Of a stretch of DNA of 64,000 nt, positions 9,516 through 19,620 are shown in pieces. Both the position numbers and the translations under genes were made by a program. The notes beneath the pieces are model-generated. The model was not told the origin of the DNA. It made no database searches and worked only from the letters and a program-made list of their open reading frames with translations. The DNA comes from an uncultured virus (IMG/VR IMGVR_UViG_3300042878_001709) (Duplodnaviria > Heunggongvirae > Uroviricota > Caudoviricetes). The DNA is taken from IMG/VR virus record IMGVR_UViG_3300042878_001709, positions 1 to 64,000 of that record; one strand, given 5' to 3'. Every line of letters begins with the position of its first letter. Position 1 is the first letter of the stretch.

Positions 9516-10949
9516 ATGAAAAATTTACGGGAAGAGATACAAAAAATTAAAAAGATGATGGGTATTATCAACGAAGATAATAACTCACGTAATAATTTAA
9601 TTACTGAATCTAACGCAATCGAAATGTTAAAACCTACAGGTAGTGACAAATTAGAGTGGCCTAAATGTAAAGAAGGACAATACTGGGATATTGTTAAAAA
9701 AAAATGTGTTGACTATGGGTTTAGTGAGGACGAAACACCTAAAAATTATAAAGATACATATAGTGGTATAGATGATTCATTTGAACAACAACAAAAATTA
9801 TTTTATCAAGAACTTAATGATAAGAAAAATTCTGATAGGGTAAAAATTACCCCACTATTAGAAAGGGCAAAAACTTGGTGGAGAAAATGGTTAAGTGATC
9901 CAAAAACTAAAGAAAAACATATGGAAATGTTCGGTTTAAGTATGTCTGAAGTGGAAACTAAATTTAAAAATTATTTAAAGGTTATTGATAATGTTGAATT
10001 GGTTATGATAGATAGATATGGTCGTAGAAAAAGTGTTTTTGCATTTGTTTCGGATGCTTATATTGATTCTGATTTATCATATTCCAGTTTGGGACATATT
10101 TTTGACAAAGAATATGATGTACTCATACAAAATGGGAGTAATGAAATAACTGCGTGGTTAGGTTCATTAGTGTCAACAGTTTCGGGAGGTAATGAGATAA
10201 ATGATTGTAGGCTTTTTGTACCGTCTCCTTTACTTGGTGAATTACAATACTACGAACAAACTTTTGCACATGAAATACAACATTTATTGGAAAATAGGGT
10301 TGGTTTATTAACATCTACAGAAGTGGTATCCAAATCGTTTCCATCTAAAAAAGAGGGGAATGATAAAATTGGTTTGGAAGATTTAAAACAATCTTTTGAG
10401 GTTTTAAACAACTATAAAGATAAGGAATCTGATGAAGAATCCGTTAATTTGGAAATACCTGAAGAATTGAAATTAGATTTAGATAAAGGTATAAAAGATT
10501 TATCATCTATATATAAACCAAAATACGGAAAAATTAGTGAAAAGAAGTCGAAAGAAAGGATAAAGGATTTGATAGATATGTTGATTCTAAATTCAAATAA
10601 TTTGACTTATAATTGCGATTATTCAGAAAAAACTGCAAATCTTACAGAAATTAGGAATAAACTGAATCTTAAACCTGGAGAAAAAATGGATTGGATTGGG
10701 GTTCTTTTTTCATATTGGAATGAGGGTTGGGTTAATGAAAAACAACAAATAGAAACACTTCCCGTATATAGAACTTTAGCTTGTTGGATTTTAAATAATT
10801 TCTCACCAGATTTGAAAACTTTGTTTGAGAATTTAGATAATTTTGTAATGAATAATGAAAAAAATATGGTAAACCCAACTAATCCAAATAATGATAAAAA
10901 TTTAGATTTGGCACATACTATTAAAAAATTTAATAAAATGATAAAGTAA
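9516..10949 (+). CDS. leader-tagged protein with HExxH motif (possible metallopeptidase)
   Basis: MKNLREEIQKIKKMMGIINE; AHEIQH. Confidence 0.55.
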   Translation: MKNLREEIQKIKKMMGIINEDNNSRNNLITESNAIEMLKPTGSDKLEWPKCKEGQYWDIVKKKCVDYGFSEDETPKNYKDTYSGIDDSFEQQQKLFYQELNDKKNSDRVKITPLLERAKTWWRKWLSDPKTKEKHMEMFGLSMSEVETKFKNYLKVIDNVELVMIDRYGRRKSVFAFVSDAYIDSDLSYSSLGHIFDKEYDVLIQNGSNEITAWLGSLVSTVSGGNEINDCRLFVPSPLLGELQYYEQTFAHEIQHLLENRVGLLTSTEVVSKSFPSKKEGNDKIGLEDLKQSFEVLNNYKDKESDEESVNLEIPEELKLDLDKGIKDLSSIYKPKYGKISEKKSKERIKDLIDMLILNSNNLTYNCDYSEKTANLTEIRNKLNLKPGEKMDWIGVLFSYWNEGWVNEKQQIETLPVYRTLACWILNNFSPDLKTLFENLDNFVMNNEKNMVNPTNPNNDKNLDLAHTIKKFNKMIK

Positions 10950-10979
10950 TATATAAAATAATTTTACTATGACAATTTA

Positions 10980-11047
10980 AAAATCCCTCTTTTTTAATTA
11001 AATGAGGGATTTTTATTTGTTAATTAAATATATTATCATTAATTTTG
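10980..11047 (+). promoter_or_regulatory. terminator followed by Bacteroidota-type promoter
   Basis: AAAATCCCTC/GAGGGATTTT hairpin; TTTG 11016-11019, N20, TAATTTTG 11040-11047. Confidence 0.6.
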
Positions 11048-11066
11048 TTTAAATAATAAATTATAT

Positions 11067-11972
11067 ATGGGATTAACACAATACCAAAAGAAGTACATTC
11101 ATGATAAGTACAATGAATTAAAAAATGACGAACAAACTCTTGGTGAGATATTGGAAGTAGTCGTTGATGATTGTCTTGATAATTATATCATTGACTTATC
11201 TGATGATGAGGATGGTGACCTTTATGAGGAGTTTACAAATAACGTGTGGGATTTTCTAGAAACTATTAACAATGTTTAAGTTAATATATGATTTTTTTAG
11301 ATTGTTGTTTAAATGGGGTAGTGTTAAGGAAGCGTGGGAAGATGCCAAATTCATAAACGATAAAAAGATTCAAAAGGAACTGGAAGAACAGGGATACGAA
11401 ATAGAAGAAATGTTAGAAAAATTAAATAAAGAAGATGAATAGAGAAGAATTAGAAGATCAATTGGAACATTGGTTAAATGTCAATTACAGGATGGATAAT
11501 GAAGGTTTCGAATATTGTTTTAAACATTATAGTTCTTTTAGTGAAATAAAGGACGAAGAATTCCATAACCTTAGATTGTCAATGTTATCTCAAATGGAGA
11601 ACATGCGAAAATTAGTAAGTGATAAAATAGGTGATATTGAGAACACAATAGAAGAGTTAGAGGATGAGTAATATAAAAAAAATAATATTAAATTACTGGT
11701 CACCTAAAGACGAATCAGTTGTAACGGAAAATGGTTTTTGTTATAGGGACATGAGTTCAGTTATTAAATATAATAAAGAAATAACTGATGAAACTGAGAT
11801 TGGGTTATTTGAACAATTCTATAATCTAAATAACAAACTTAGATACTGTAATGGTAGTCACTACACATTTCAAGATAAGTTGTTCGAATTAAAGTATAAA
11901 GAATGGTTAAAGTCAGATGATTATAATAAAAAAAGTTTTGACTTATATTATGGTAATGGTGTTGTAGATTAA
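11067..11972 (+). other. cluster of small untagged hypothetical CDS (11067-11279, 11435-11671, 11664-11972)
   Basis: ORF track; behind host-type promoter. Confidence 0.55.
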
Positions 11973-12225
11973 TTAAACTAAATAATATGAGTATAAAAAG
12001 AGAAATGACTTGGGAAGAAAGAATCCAATGGGTTATGAGAAACACTGATGTTGAATGGGAAAATCTATATATTACAGAAGAGGTTTATAAAGAAACTACC
12101 CCAACACATATAGTAACCTTACAAGTGGGTGAAGAAATTATTACTACATATGAAAGAGAATAGTTTTATATTGTTATTAAATCATTAACAAACCTAACTA
12201 CAAAAAAATATACATATTTATTAAT

Positions 12226-12924
12226 ATGATATCAAGTTTTGTAACAGTAATTATACCTAGTAAAAATGAGGAGAATTATATAGGTAAAACACTATTATCA
12301 CTAAACAATCAAAAAAACATAGAAGGTACAAAAGTTATTATATTAGACGGTGACTCCACTGATAATACCATTGATGTAATAAATAACATTAAGAAAAAAG
12401 TTAATTATGAAATTCTTATTGAGAAAGGTGGTAAAGTTTCGTACGCACGTAATAAGGGTGCAACTATGGTTAATACAAAATATGTATTATTTTTGGATGC
12501 TGATGTAACATTTACTGATAATGATACCATATTGTCAACCCTAAATGAATTAGAAAATGGATACGATTTAATTACGTGTAAGTTAAAAAGTAGATCTGGT
12601 TTCCCACTTAACTTAGGATTTTATTTATTCAACATAATACATTCAAAACTAAAAACTTCTTTTTCTATGGGTGCATACTTTATGACATCTATAGAATCAT
12701 TTAATGGTTATGGTGGGTTTGATGAGACGATAAAACAAAGTGAAGATTTTATCTTAAGTAAAAAATACCCAATAGATAAATTTAAAATCATAAACAGATA
12801 TGTCACACAAGATGATAGAAGGTTTAAAAAGATGGGATATTGGTTCTACGTTAAATTTTTAATTAAGAATTATAAAAAAAGAAATGATGAAAATCATTTT
12901 AGAAAAGAAATAAATTATTTTTAA
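12226..12924 (+). CDS. family 2 glycosyltransferase
   Basis: VIIPSKNEE, DGDSTDNT, ARNKGA, FLDAD, GGFDE..SED, RRF. Confidence 0.9.
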   Translation: MISSFVTVIIPSKNEENYIGKTLLSLNNQKNIEGTKVIILDGDSTDNTIDVINNIKKKVNYEILIEKGGKVSYARNKGATMVNTKYVLFLDADVTFTDNDTILSTLNELENGYDLITCKLKSRSGFPLNLGFYLFNIIHSKLKTSFSMGAYFMTSIESFNGYGGFDETIKQSEDFILSKKYPIDKFKIINRYVTQDDRRFKKMGYWFYVKFLIKNYKKRNDENHFRKEINYF

Positions 12925-13626
12925 ATGAAAGTAGACGCATTATTTATATCGGATGTACATTTAGGTAGTAAGGGATCCAATGCCGAATTACTATTGGAGA
13001 TGTTAAAAGAATATGAACCTAAAGAATTAATCATAGTAGGTGATTTTATAGATGGTTGGTTATTGAAGAAGAGACATTATTGGAATCAATCCTTTTCTAA
13101 TGTTATTCGTAAGATTTTATCATACACAAAGAAGGGAACTAAGGTAACTTATATCACTGGTAATCATGATGATTTTTTAAGGAGTTATATTCCATTATAC
13201 TTTGGTGAGAATATTACTGTAGTGAATGAGATGATATGGGAAGATTACTTTATAACACATGGGGATTTATACGATGGTATAGTACAAATGAAATGGTTGG
13301 GTAAATTGGGATCATTTGGTTATGAACTGGCAATTAGTTTAGATATGTTAATGAAGAGGTTTGGATATAAGAAATCATTAAGTAAATTCTTAAAAAAGAA
13401 AGTAAAAGATGCGGTTAAATTCATAACTAACTTTGAAGATCAATTGGTGTACCAATCGAAAAAAAGAAATTGTAAGGGTGTTATTTGTGGACACATACAT
13501 ACACCAGAAAATAAATTCGTAGATGGAATACATTATCTAAACTGTGGGGATTGGATTGAGAACAATAGTTATATTGTCTACGATAAGGGTATATGGGAAT
13601 TAAAAGAAATGATTAAACCAATGTAA
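12925..13626 (+). CDS. PlcP/LpxH2-like metallophosphoesterase
   Basis: FISDVHLG, GDFIDGW, GNHD, HGDLYD, ICGHIH, NCGDWIE. Confidence 0.85.
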   Translation: MKVDALFISDVHLGSKGSNAELLLEMLKEYEPKELIIVGDFIDGWLLKKRHYWNQSFSNVIRKILSYTKKGTKVTYITGNHDDFLRSYIPLYFGENITVVNEMIWEDYFITHGDLYDGIVQMKWLGKLGSFGYELAISLDMLMKRFGYKKSLSKFLKKKVKDAVKFITNFEDQLVYQSKKRNCKGVICGHIHTPENKFVDGIHYLNCGDWIENNSYIVYDKGIWELKEMIKPM

Positions 13627-13779
13627 CCATAACAATTTCATAATATATAAAGGTTACACAATATAGATTATCATACTATATATACGATATGATTATATTA
13701 ACTATTGTAGGTATATCGTTTCTGATGGTAACGGTACTTAAAGACAGAAAAGACTATTTCGATTATTATGGAAAAAAAT

Positions 13780-13808
13780 AAATCCTCACCTCATCAGTGG
13801 GGATTTTT
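13780..13808 (+). terminator. intrinsic terminator
   Basis: AAATCCTCAC/GTGGGGATTT hairpin plus T-run. Confidence 0.65.
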
Positions 13809-13832
13809 ATTATATACGATATATTTATATGT

Positions 13833-14768
13833 ATGAATTCACAAAACAATATAAGAAGAATATTACTCGAAGAAACGGAACCAAAAGTATTAAACGAATG
13901 TGTAATTGCAGGAGTTAAATTAAAAGATACCATTGTTTTAGCAAAAAATAGGGATAGAGGTTACAAGGCGAAAATTGAATTGGTTCACGAAATAGTTGAC
14001 GGTGTTGAAATTGCCTATTGGAGAGATACTGATACTGATTGGAGTGAGGGAATGAATGAGTATGGAATCAGTATTGTAAATTCTGCATTATCAACCGCTG
14101 CCGATGAAAAAGAAGGTGAAAAAGTACTTAAACAACGAAAAATTAAAAACGATAAAACTGAAAAGAGGGTATACTCAAAAGATGGGCAAAAAATAAGAGA
14201 AGCTCTCACAAAAAAAGATATGAGATCCGCAGTAAAGTCATTAATTGAGTTTACTGGGTCAAAAAGTAAATGGGGTTTAAGAGGTGAGACATTTGTATCA
14301 GATGGTAAAGATATTTATGTGATTGAAATGACATCTAAACATGCACCAATAATTAAAAAATTAAAAGAGGATTCTAAAATAGTTGTTAGATCAAATCATG
14401 GGGTATATCAAAAAGATGCGGGATACACTACGGGTGAAAAAAGAAAATCATCTGTATCTAGAATGGAATTGGCGAAAAAACATTTAAAAGATGCCAAAAC
14501 AGATATGGATGTAATTAATACATTAAAACAAAAATATGATGACGATCCATTCTTAAATCCATATAGGACTAAAAATATGTATAATATGCATACTGTTGGA
14601 CAAATTATGATGAACATAAAAGAAAAACAAATTGTTATAAGAATGGATAATGAAATGGGGGAATTTGAAGGGATCAATAATAAATTACCTAAAGGTTATT
14701 CACCAAAAATAAAGATAAGAATAGAGAATGAGAAAACTCATCACAAAGGGAAAAAATTGCCAACATAA
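13833..14768 (+). CDS. leader-tagged Ntn-hydrolase (NRDE/C45-like)
   Basis: VLNE then CVIAG...LAKNRD; EGMNEYGI; RSNH; start moved to ATG 13833 behind ATATTTAT. Confidence 0.65.
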   Translation: MNSQNNIRRILLEETEPKVLNECVIAGVKLKDTIVLAKNRDRGYKAKIELVHEIVDGVEIAYWRDTDTDWSEGMNEYGISIVNSALSTAADEKEGEKVLKQRKIKNDKTEKRVYSKDGQKIREALTKKDMRSAVKSLIEFTGSKSKWGLRGETFVSDGKDIYVIEMTSKHAPIIKKLKEDSKIVVRSNHGVYQKDAGYTTGEKRKSSVSRMELAKKHLKDAKTDMDVINTLKQKYDDDPFLNPYRTKNMYNMHTVGQIMMNIKEKQIVIRMDNEMGEFEGINNKLPKGYSPKIKIRIENEKTHHKGKKLPT

Positions 14769-14769
14769 T

Positions 14770-15318
14770 ATGAACCTACAAGAAGAAATAAAAAGAATGA
14801 GACAAATGATGGGATTGAGTGAGCAATCAAAAAACCCATTAGGGTTTTTAACAGATCCAAATCATATGGATTATAATAAGTTTAATTACAATCCAAAAGA
14901 AAAAGAATTAAATGTTAATAAAGACCAACCAAAAAATATTACTATTGATTGGGTAGATTCGTTTGATAAAATACAGGTTAAGGATAGGAAAAAAAATATA
15001 TTTTTATATCTTACCGCCAAAAGTTGTTCAATTTGTAAAATCTTAGAAAAAGAATTTTTTAACACACAAGAATTTTATGATTTTATAAAAACAAAAAATG
15101 TAAACTTAGTAAAAATAGATATTTTTAAATACAAAGATATTGGAGAAAAGTTTAATACAAATTCAGTTCCTGAAGTTTTTTTAACTGATTACAATATTAC
15201 CTTTCAAAAGAGATTAAAGACGATTGAAAATCCTTTTATATATAATGAGGGTCGTATGCCAGACCTCTATACTGATGTCAATAAGACAATTAAGGTATTA
15301 GATAAAGAAATAAAATAA
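14770..15318 (+). CDS. leader-tagged thioredoxin-fold protein
   Basis: MNLQEEIKRMRQMMGLSE; TAKSCSICK (CxxC), SVP. Confidence 0.7.
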   Translation: MNLQEEIKRMRQMMGLSEQSKNPLGFLTDPNHMDYNKFNYNPKEKELNVNKDQPKNITIDWVDSFDKIQVKDRKKNIFLYLTAKSCSICKILEKEFFNTQEFYDFIKTKNVNLVKIDIFKYKDIGEKFNTNSVPEVFLTDYNITFQKRLKTIENPFIYNEGRMPDLYTDVNKTIKVLDKEIK

Positions 15319-15327
15319 AAAACTAAT

Positions 15328-15384
15328 ATGAACCAACAATAACTAATATTTGAACCTCTATAGTGATATAGGGGTTTTTTGTTT
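15328..15384 (+). repeat. 57-bp mini-ORF plus terminator repeat, copy 1
   Basis: atgaaccaacaataactaatatttgaacctctatagtgatataggggttttttgttt. Confidence 0.9.
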
Positions 15385-15392
15385 TAAAAATA

Positions 15393-15424
15393 TTTGATTA
15401 TGTGATATAAAAATCATATATTTG
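15393..15424 (+). promoter_or_regulatory. Bacteroidota sigma70-type promoter
   Basis: TTTG 15393-15396, N20, TATATTTG 15417-15424. Confidence 0.7.
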
Positions 15425-15615
15425 TTTATTATTTTAATAAACTGATAGTATGACACCAGAACTTTATGTTTGGTTAGAAGAAGTATTTTATAAAGATAAC
15501 CACAAAAAGTATCATAAGTATTTTGAGGAATGGGTTATCAATATAACTGAACGTCAGATACAAAGTTTTAGTAAGATGGAACAAAATAGAAATATATACG
15601 AAAAACAAAATTAAA

Positions 15616-18319
15616 ATGATAATAGAGGTAACAAAAGATTGTTTGTGTGAACATTACCTTCACGAATTATTGAATTACTATAGATCTGGACTTGTGGAGA
15701 AAAAATTTAGACAGGGAGAACAGTTTGAGGTTGTTAAAGATTGGTCAAATTTTTATGGTTCCTATTACAGAGTAATAGTTGATGGAAAATCGCACGACAT
15801 TAGTAAAGATAATTGTAAAATAATATCAAGATGAGTAAACAAATTAAAATAGAACTTTCCTTTACTATGGAGGAAATGGAGGACTTTCTTCTATACAACT
15901 ACCCCAAAAATTATCATTGGAAAGATAGGGTTAAGAAAGATGTGATGGTGTACGGTAACGATATCGTTGTTGAAGACATAAAAGAAGAATTCGTTAAGTG
16001 TTTCAAACAAACATTATTAAGTCAGAAACTTAACGGATCAAGACAAACAGTATACAGATGAGTAAATTAGAAATCAAAAAATGTGTTTTAGAGATAATTG
16101 ATGTTCTTTATGTTAGATGGGGATTCGATGATTGGTGGGATAATTTGGGTGATGACATTGAAAATGAAATAACCACAGAACTTGAATCTATAATTGAAAG
16201 GAGATTTAATAAAGAAGAAAAGGATAATAGAATAAAAGAACTTGAGGAATTTCTTGAAGATGTTATTGAACATCCTTATATGTGTGGATCGTCAATATGG
16301 GAAGAAGGTCGTAAATTACTAAACAAAGATGAAGATGACGAATAAAATGAAAGAGTTTCTTGATAAAGTGGATAAAATTTGTTGGGAATATCGTTATGAA
16401 ATAAAACCCACCCATCCTGTTCCAGATGATGAATATCCCACTTTAACAATTATAGGTGATGGTGAAACGGTAAAGTTAATATACCTTGACGGAGAGGGAA
16501 TTGGTATTAAATAGTAAAAGAAAGATGAGTAAAGAAGAATCTATTGTTGGTGATGAACTTAAATCAGAATATGTGGGTGAAGAAGAATACATAGGAAAAG
16601 AAACGACAATTGATTTTGGGGGAGATTTAAGAATGTCACAACCTTGGAGAAGTTATAAAAACGAAGAAATCTTTACCATTATGAGAAAAACCAAATCAGG
16701 GTTGTATATGGTTAGAGATTCAAAAGGTAATGAACATCCAATATCTAAAAGACATATAAATTATTTTAAATAAACAAAGATGAGTAAAGAATTAGAAAAT
16801 GATGATTGGTGCCACTATTCTGATTTACCATCACCAATTAGTTATATGAGTAAAGAAGAATGGACTGAGGAACCAGATCCAATAATGGATGAGTTTGATA
16901 AGACATTAAAAATGTTACACGAATCAACTCACGATGAAAAAATTAGAGAATCCATATTGTTGGTACAAAGATATAAAACAGAATACTTAGATAATATAAA
17001 ACAAAGATGAAAAGATTAAATGTAAGATTAATTAAATGGTTCTCAAATAAATTGGGGTTTAAAATCGTTATGGTTAGAATTGGTAATGGTAGTATAGATA
17101 TCGAAGGAGATAAAGAGTTACTGAGGTATACAGATATAACAGGATACTCATTTAAGAAAGAGCCATTAAAGAGAGAACAAAAGAAATAGTATATGGAAAT
17201 AAAAGATTTACCACCAACTGAACTCATCTCACTAAAAAGATACTTTGAAAGTAACTATGAGAAATTAGATCCGAAATATTGGTACAGTGAGAAAAGGGCG
17301 ATGGAAGTTGTTAAGAAGATTGAATCAATATTAGATGAAATGGGTGAAAGACTAATGAATTAAAATAAGATTATGACAGTATTAAAAGAAAATTTCGGTA
17401 CCATTTATGACATCATACAAGAGTTAAAGAAGGTAGAGGTCGATGGAGAAACAATGGAGTATATATTAAAACAAGTAGGGATGGAATATCAAATGTTAAG
17501 ACAATTAATGTTAACTCTACCCATAGAAGAAATAGAGAATTTAATAGAGGAACGTAAAGAGTTAAAAAAATATTGTGTGGTTGACACTATCAAGAAATAC
17601 ACAGGAATTAAAATAAAATAAGATGGGAGAGATATTTGATACCGAAATATTGTCAAAATCAATGTGGGAAACCTATAGTATAATGAAAACCGATAACTTC
17701 AAATTTGAAGGTTATTCCACGGATGATATTAATATGATGATAAACCACATATTACCTTACTTTGGAAAAATAGAAGAATATGAGATTTGTGCAGAGTTAA
17801 AAAAATATTGTGTGGTAGACACTATCAAAATAAATGAGTAAAATAAGTAATGAGAGTAATAGTGATTTATTAAATAAATTATTAGAGAAAGAAAAAAATG
17901 TTGGTAAGGTTGTTAATAGGTTTCTAAGAATGAAACTTAAGAGAAGGATCAAGAAATACACAGGAATTAAAATAAAATAAGATGGAAGAGATATTAAAAG
18001 AATTTGGAGAAGTGGGTTCACCTAGTATGTATGAGATTACTAAATTAGTGTATGAATTAAAATATGGATCAGATGAAAGAGATTCAGTAAAAGATAAGGA
18101 CAGTGAGATATTATGAAATTTATATTAATACTTTTACTATTAGTTTCTTGTTCGGTTAATTATAGTGTACATGAAAGGAATATGAAACTCCAACACGATG
18201 GGATGATTAAACAGGATCTGATTATGAAAAGTAAGATGATAAAGATTAGGAAACAAGGTGTTAGATCTTATTCTAAAGTTAAGAAGGTACATAATATATC
18301 GAATAGAAAATTTATATGA
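15616..18319 (+). other. array of at least 10 small untagged hypothetical CDS (early-gene-like)
   Basis: Closely packed ORFs of about 48-95 aa behind a host-type promoter; 18113-18319 has a lipobox-like LVSC. Confidence 0.6.
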
Positions 18320-18372
18320 ACCTACAATAACTAATATTTGAACCTCTATAGTGATATAGGGGTTTTTTGTTT
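18316..18372 (+). repeat. 57-bp mini-ORF plus terminator repeat, copy 2
   Basis: atgaacctacaataactaatatttgaacctctatagtgatataggggttttttgttt. Confidence 0.9.
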
Positions 18373-18394
18373 ATAACATATATTTATATAATAT

Positions 18395-18916
18395 ATGAAA
18401 AATCTACAAGAACAAATATATAGAATACAATCAATGATGGGGATAATCAAAGAAGGATTACATGACACATCTTGGCAAAATGATGAGGGTGACAAAATAA
18501 CCCTTATGGATTTATTAAATGCTACAGAAGATATTCCCGTAGAAAGAGTTTCAGTAGAAGAATTAAAACCACACTTATTAACTTGGGATGAAGATGAGAT
18601 TAGAAAAATAGAGAGTGCCGATCTACAATATCCAATATTAATATTTGTTGATAATGATGGTGAATTCATATCAATTATAGATGGACACCACAGAGCACAA
18701 AAGGCGGTGAGAAAAGGTATGGAAACAATTAAGGCAAAGGTAATACCAATTAACGATTTACCCAAAGATATAAGAAAAGTATTTAGTCATATGGGTAGAC
18801 AAGAAGAAATGAAAGAAGGTATGATTACTGAAAAATGTTGGAGAGGTTATACTCAAAAAGGTATGAAAACTATGTTTGGTAAAAAATACCCTAACTGTAT
18901 AAAGAAATCAAAATGA
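18395..18916 (+). CDS. leader-tagged ParB/Srx-like protein with C-terminal CWxGY..PNC module
   Basis: PILI...IIDGHHRAQKA; ITE then KCWRGYTQKGMK...PNC. Confidence 0.65.
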   Translation: MKNLQEQIYRIQSMMGIIKEGLHDTSWQNDEGDKITLMDLLNATEDIPVERVSVEELKPHLLTWDEDEIRKIESADLQYPILIFVDNDGEFISIIDGHHRAQKAVRKGMETIKAKVIPINDLPKDIRKVFSHMGRQEEMKEGMITEKCWRGYTQKGMKTMFGKKYPNCIKKSK

Positions 18917-19479
18917 ATTTACAAGAACAAATAAGAAAGGTATTAAGGAAAGAACTTAATGAAATCAGAGTCCCTAGAGATGAAAGGGTTGAGTTATATA
19001 AGGACGATAATATTATCGTTGTAGTTCCGTTAACACATAGAGCCTTACAGAAATATGCCCACAGATGTCAGTGGTGTATTAATGATGATAAGGGTGAGTG
19101 GGAAGATTACCATAAAGGATTACATGCGGTTATTATTCAAAGAAATCCTAAGAAACCAAAGGTAGGCATAACAGGACAACCTGTTCCGTCAGAAATATTC
19201 CTATTAGCAAAGTGGGATAACGGTGAGTCAAGTTTTGAGGATGTATGTGATATGTTGGGATATGAATTCAAAAATAATATAGAGATGGCGGATTATTATT
19301 TAACAATTTCAAACGATATTAATAACTTCGCAACCAATATTGTTTATTACTCACCTGAAAATGGTATTTATGATATGGAGGATAATTTCTTATGGAACTA
19401 CCATTTTGAAATATCAGACATACCAAATGTAACCGATGAAGTAATTAAGATAATGGATGACTACCTTCAAGAAGAATGA
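18913..19479 (+). CDS. leader-tagged hypothetical protein
   Basis: MNLQEQIRKVLRKELNE; Y.D...V.PLT...WC motif shared with 55585-57213. Confidence 0.65.
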   Translation: MNLQEQIRKVLRKELNEIRVPRDERVELYKDDNIIVVVPLTHRALQKYAHRCQWCINDDKGEWEDYHKGLHAVIIQRNPKKPKVGITGQPVPSEIFLLAKWDNGESSFEDVCDMLGYEFKNNIEMADYYLTISNDINNFATNIVYYSPENGIYDMEDNFLWNYHFEISDIPNVTDEVIKIMDDYLQEE

Positions 19480-19533
19480 ACCTACAATAACTAATATTTA
19501 AACCTCTATAGTAATATAGGGGTTTTTTTGTTT
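19476..19533 (+). repeat. 57-bp mini-ORF plus terminator repeat, copy 3
   Basis: atgaacctacaataactaatatttaaacctctatagtaatataggggtttttttgttt. Confidence 0.9.
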
Positions 19534-19585
19534 ATATACCCACAAGAAGGGTTGGGATGATCAAACAAAAGGGTTATCAAAAGGT

Positions 19586-19616
19586 TTTGTTATTTTAATT
19601 TAAATTATTATCTTTG
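19586..19616 (+). promoter_or_regulatory. Bacteroidota sigma70-type promoter
   Basis: TTTG 19586-19589, N19, TATCTTTG 19609-19616. Confidence 0.7.
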
Positions 19617-19620
19617 TGGT

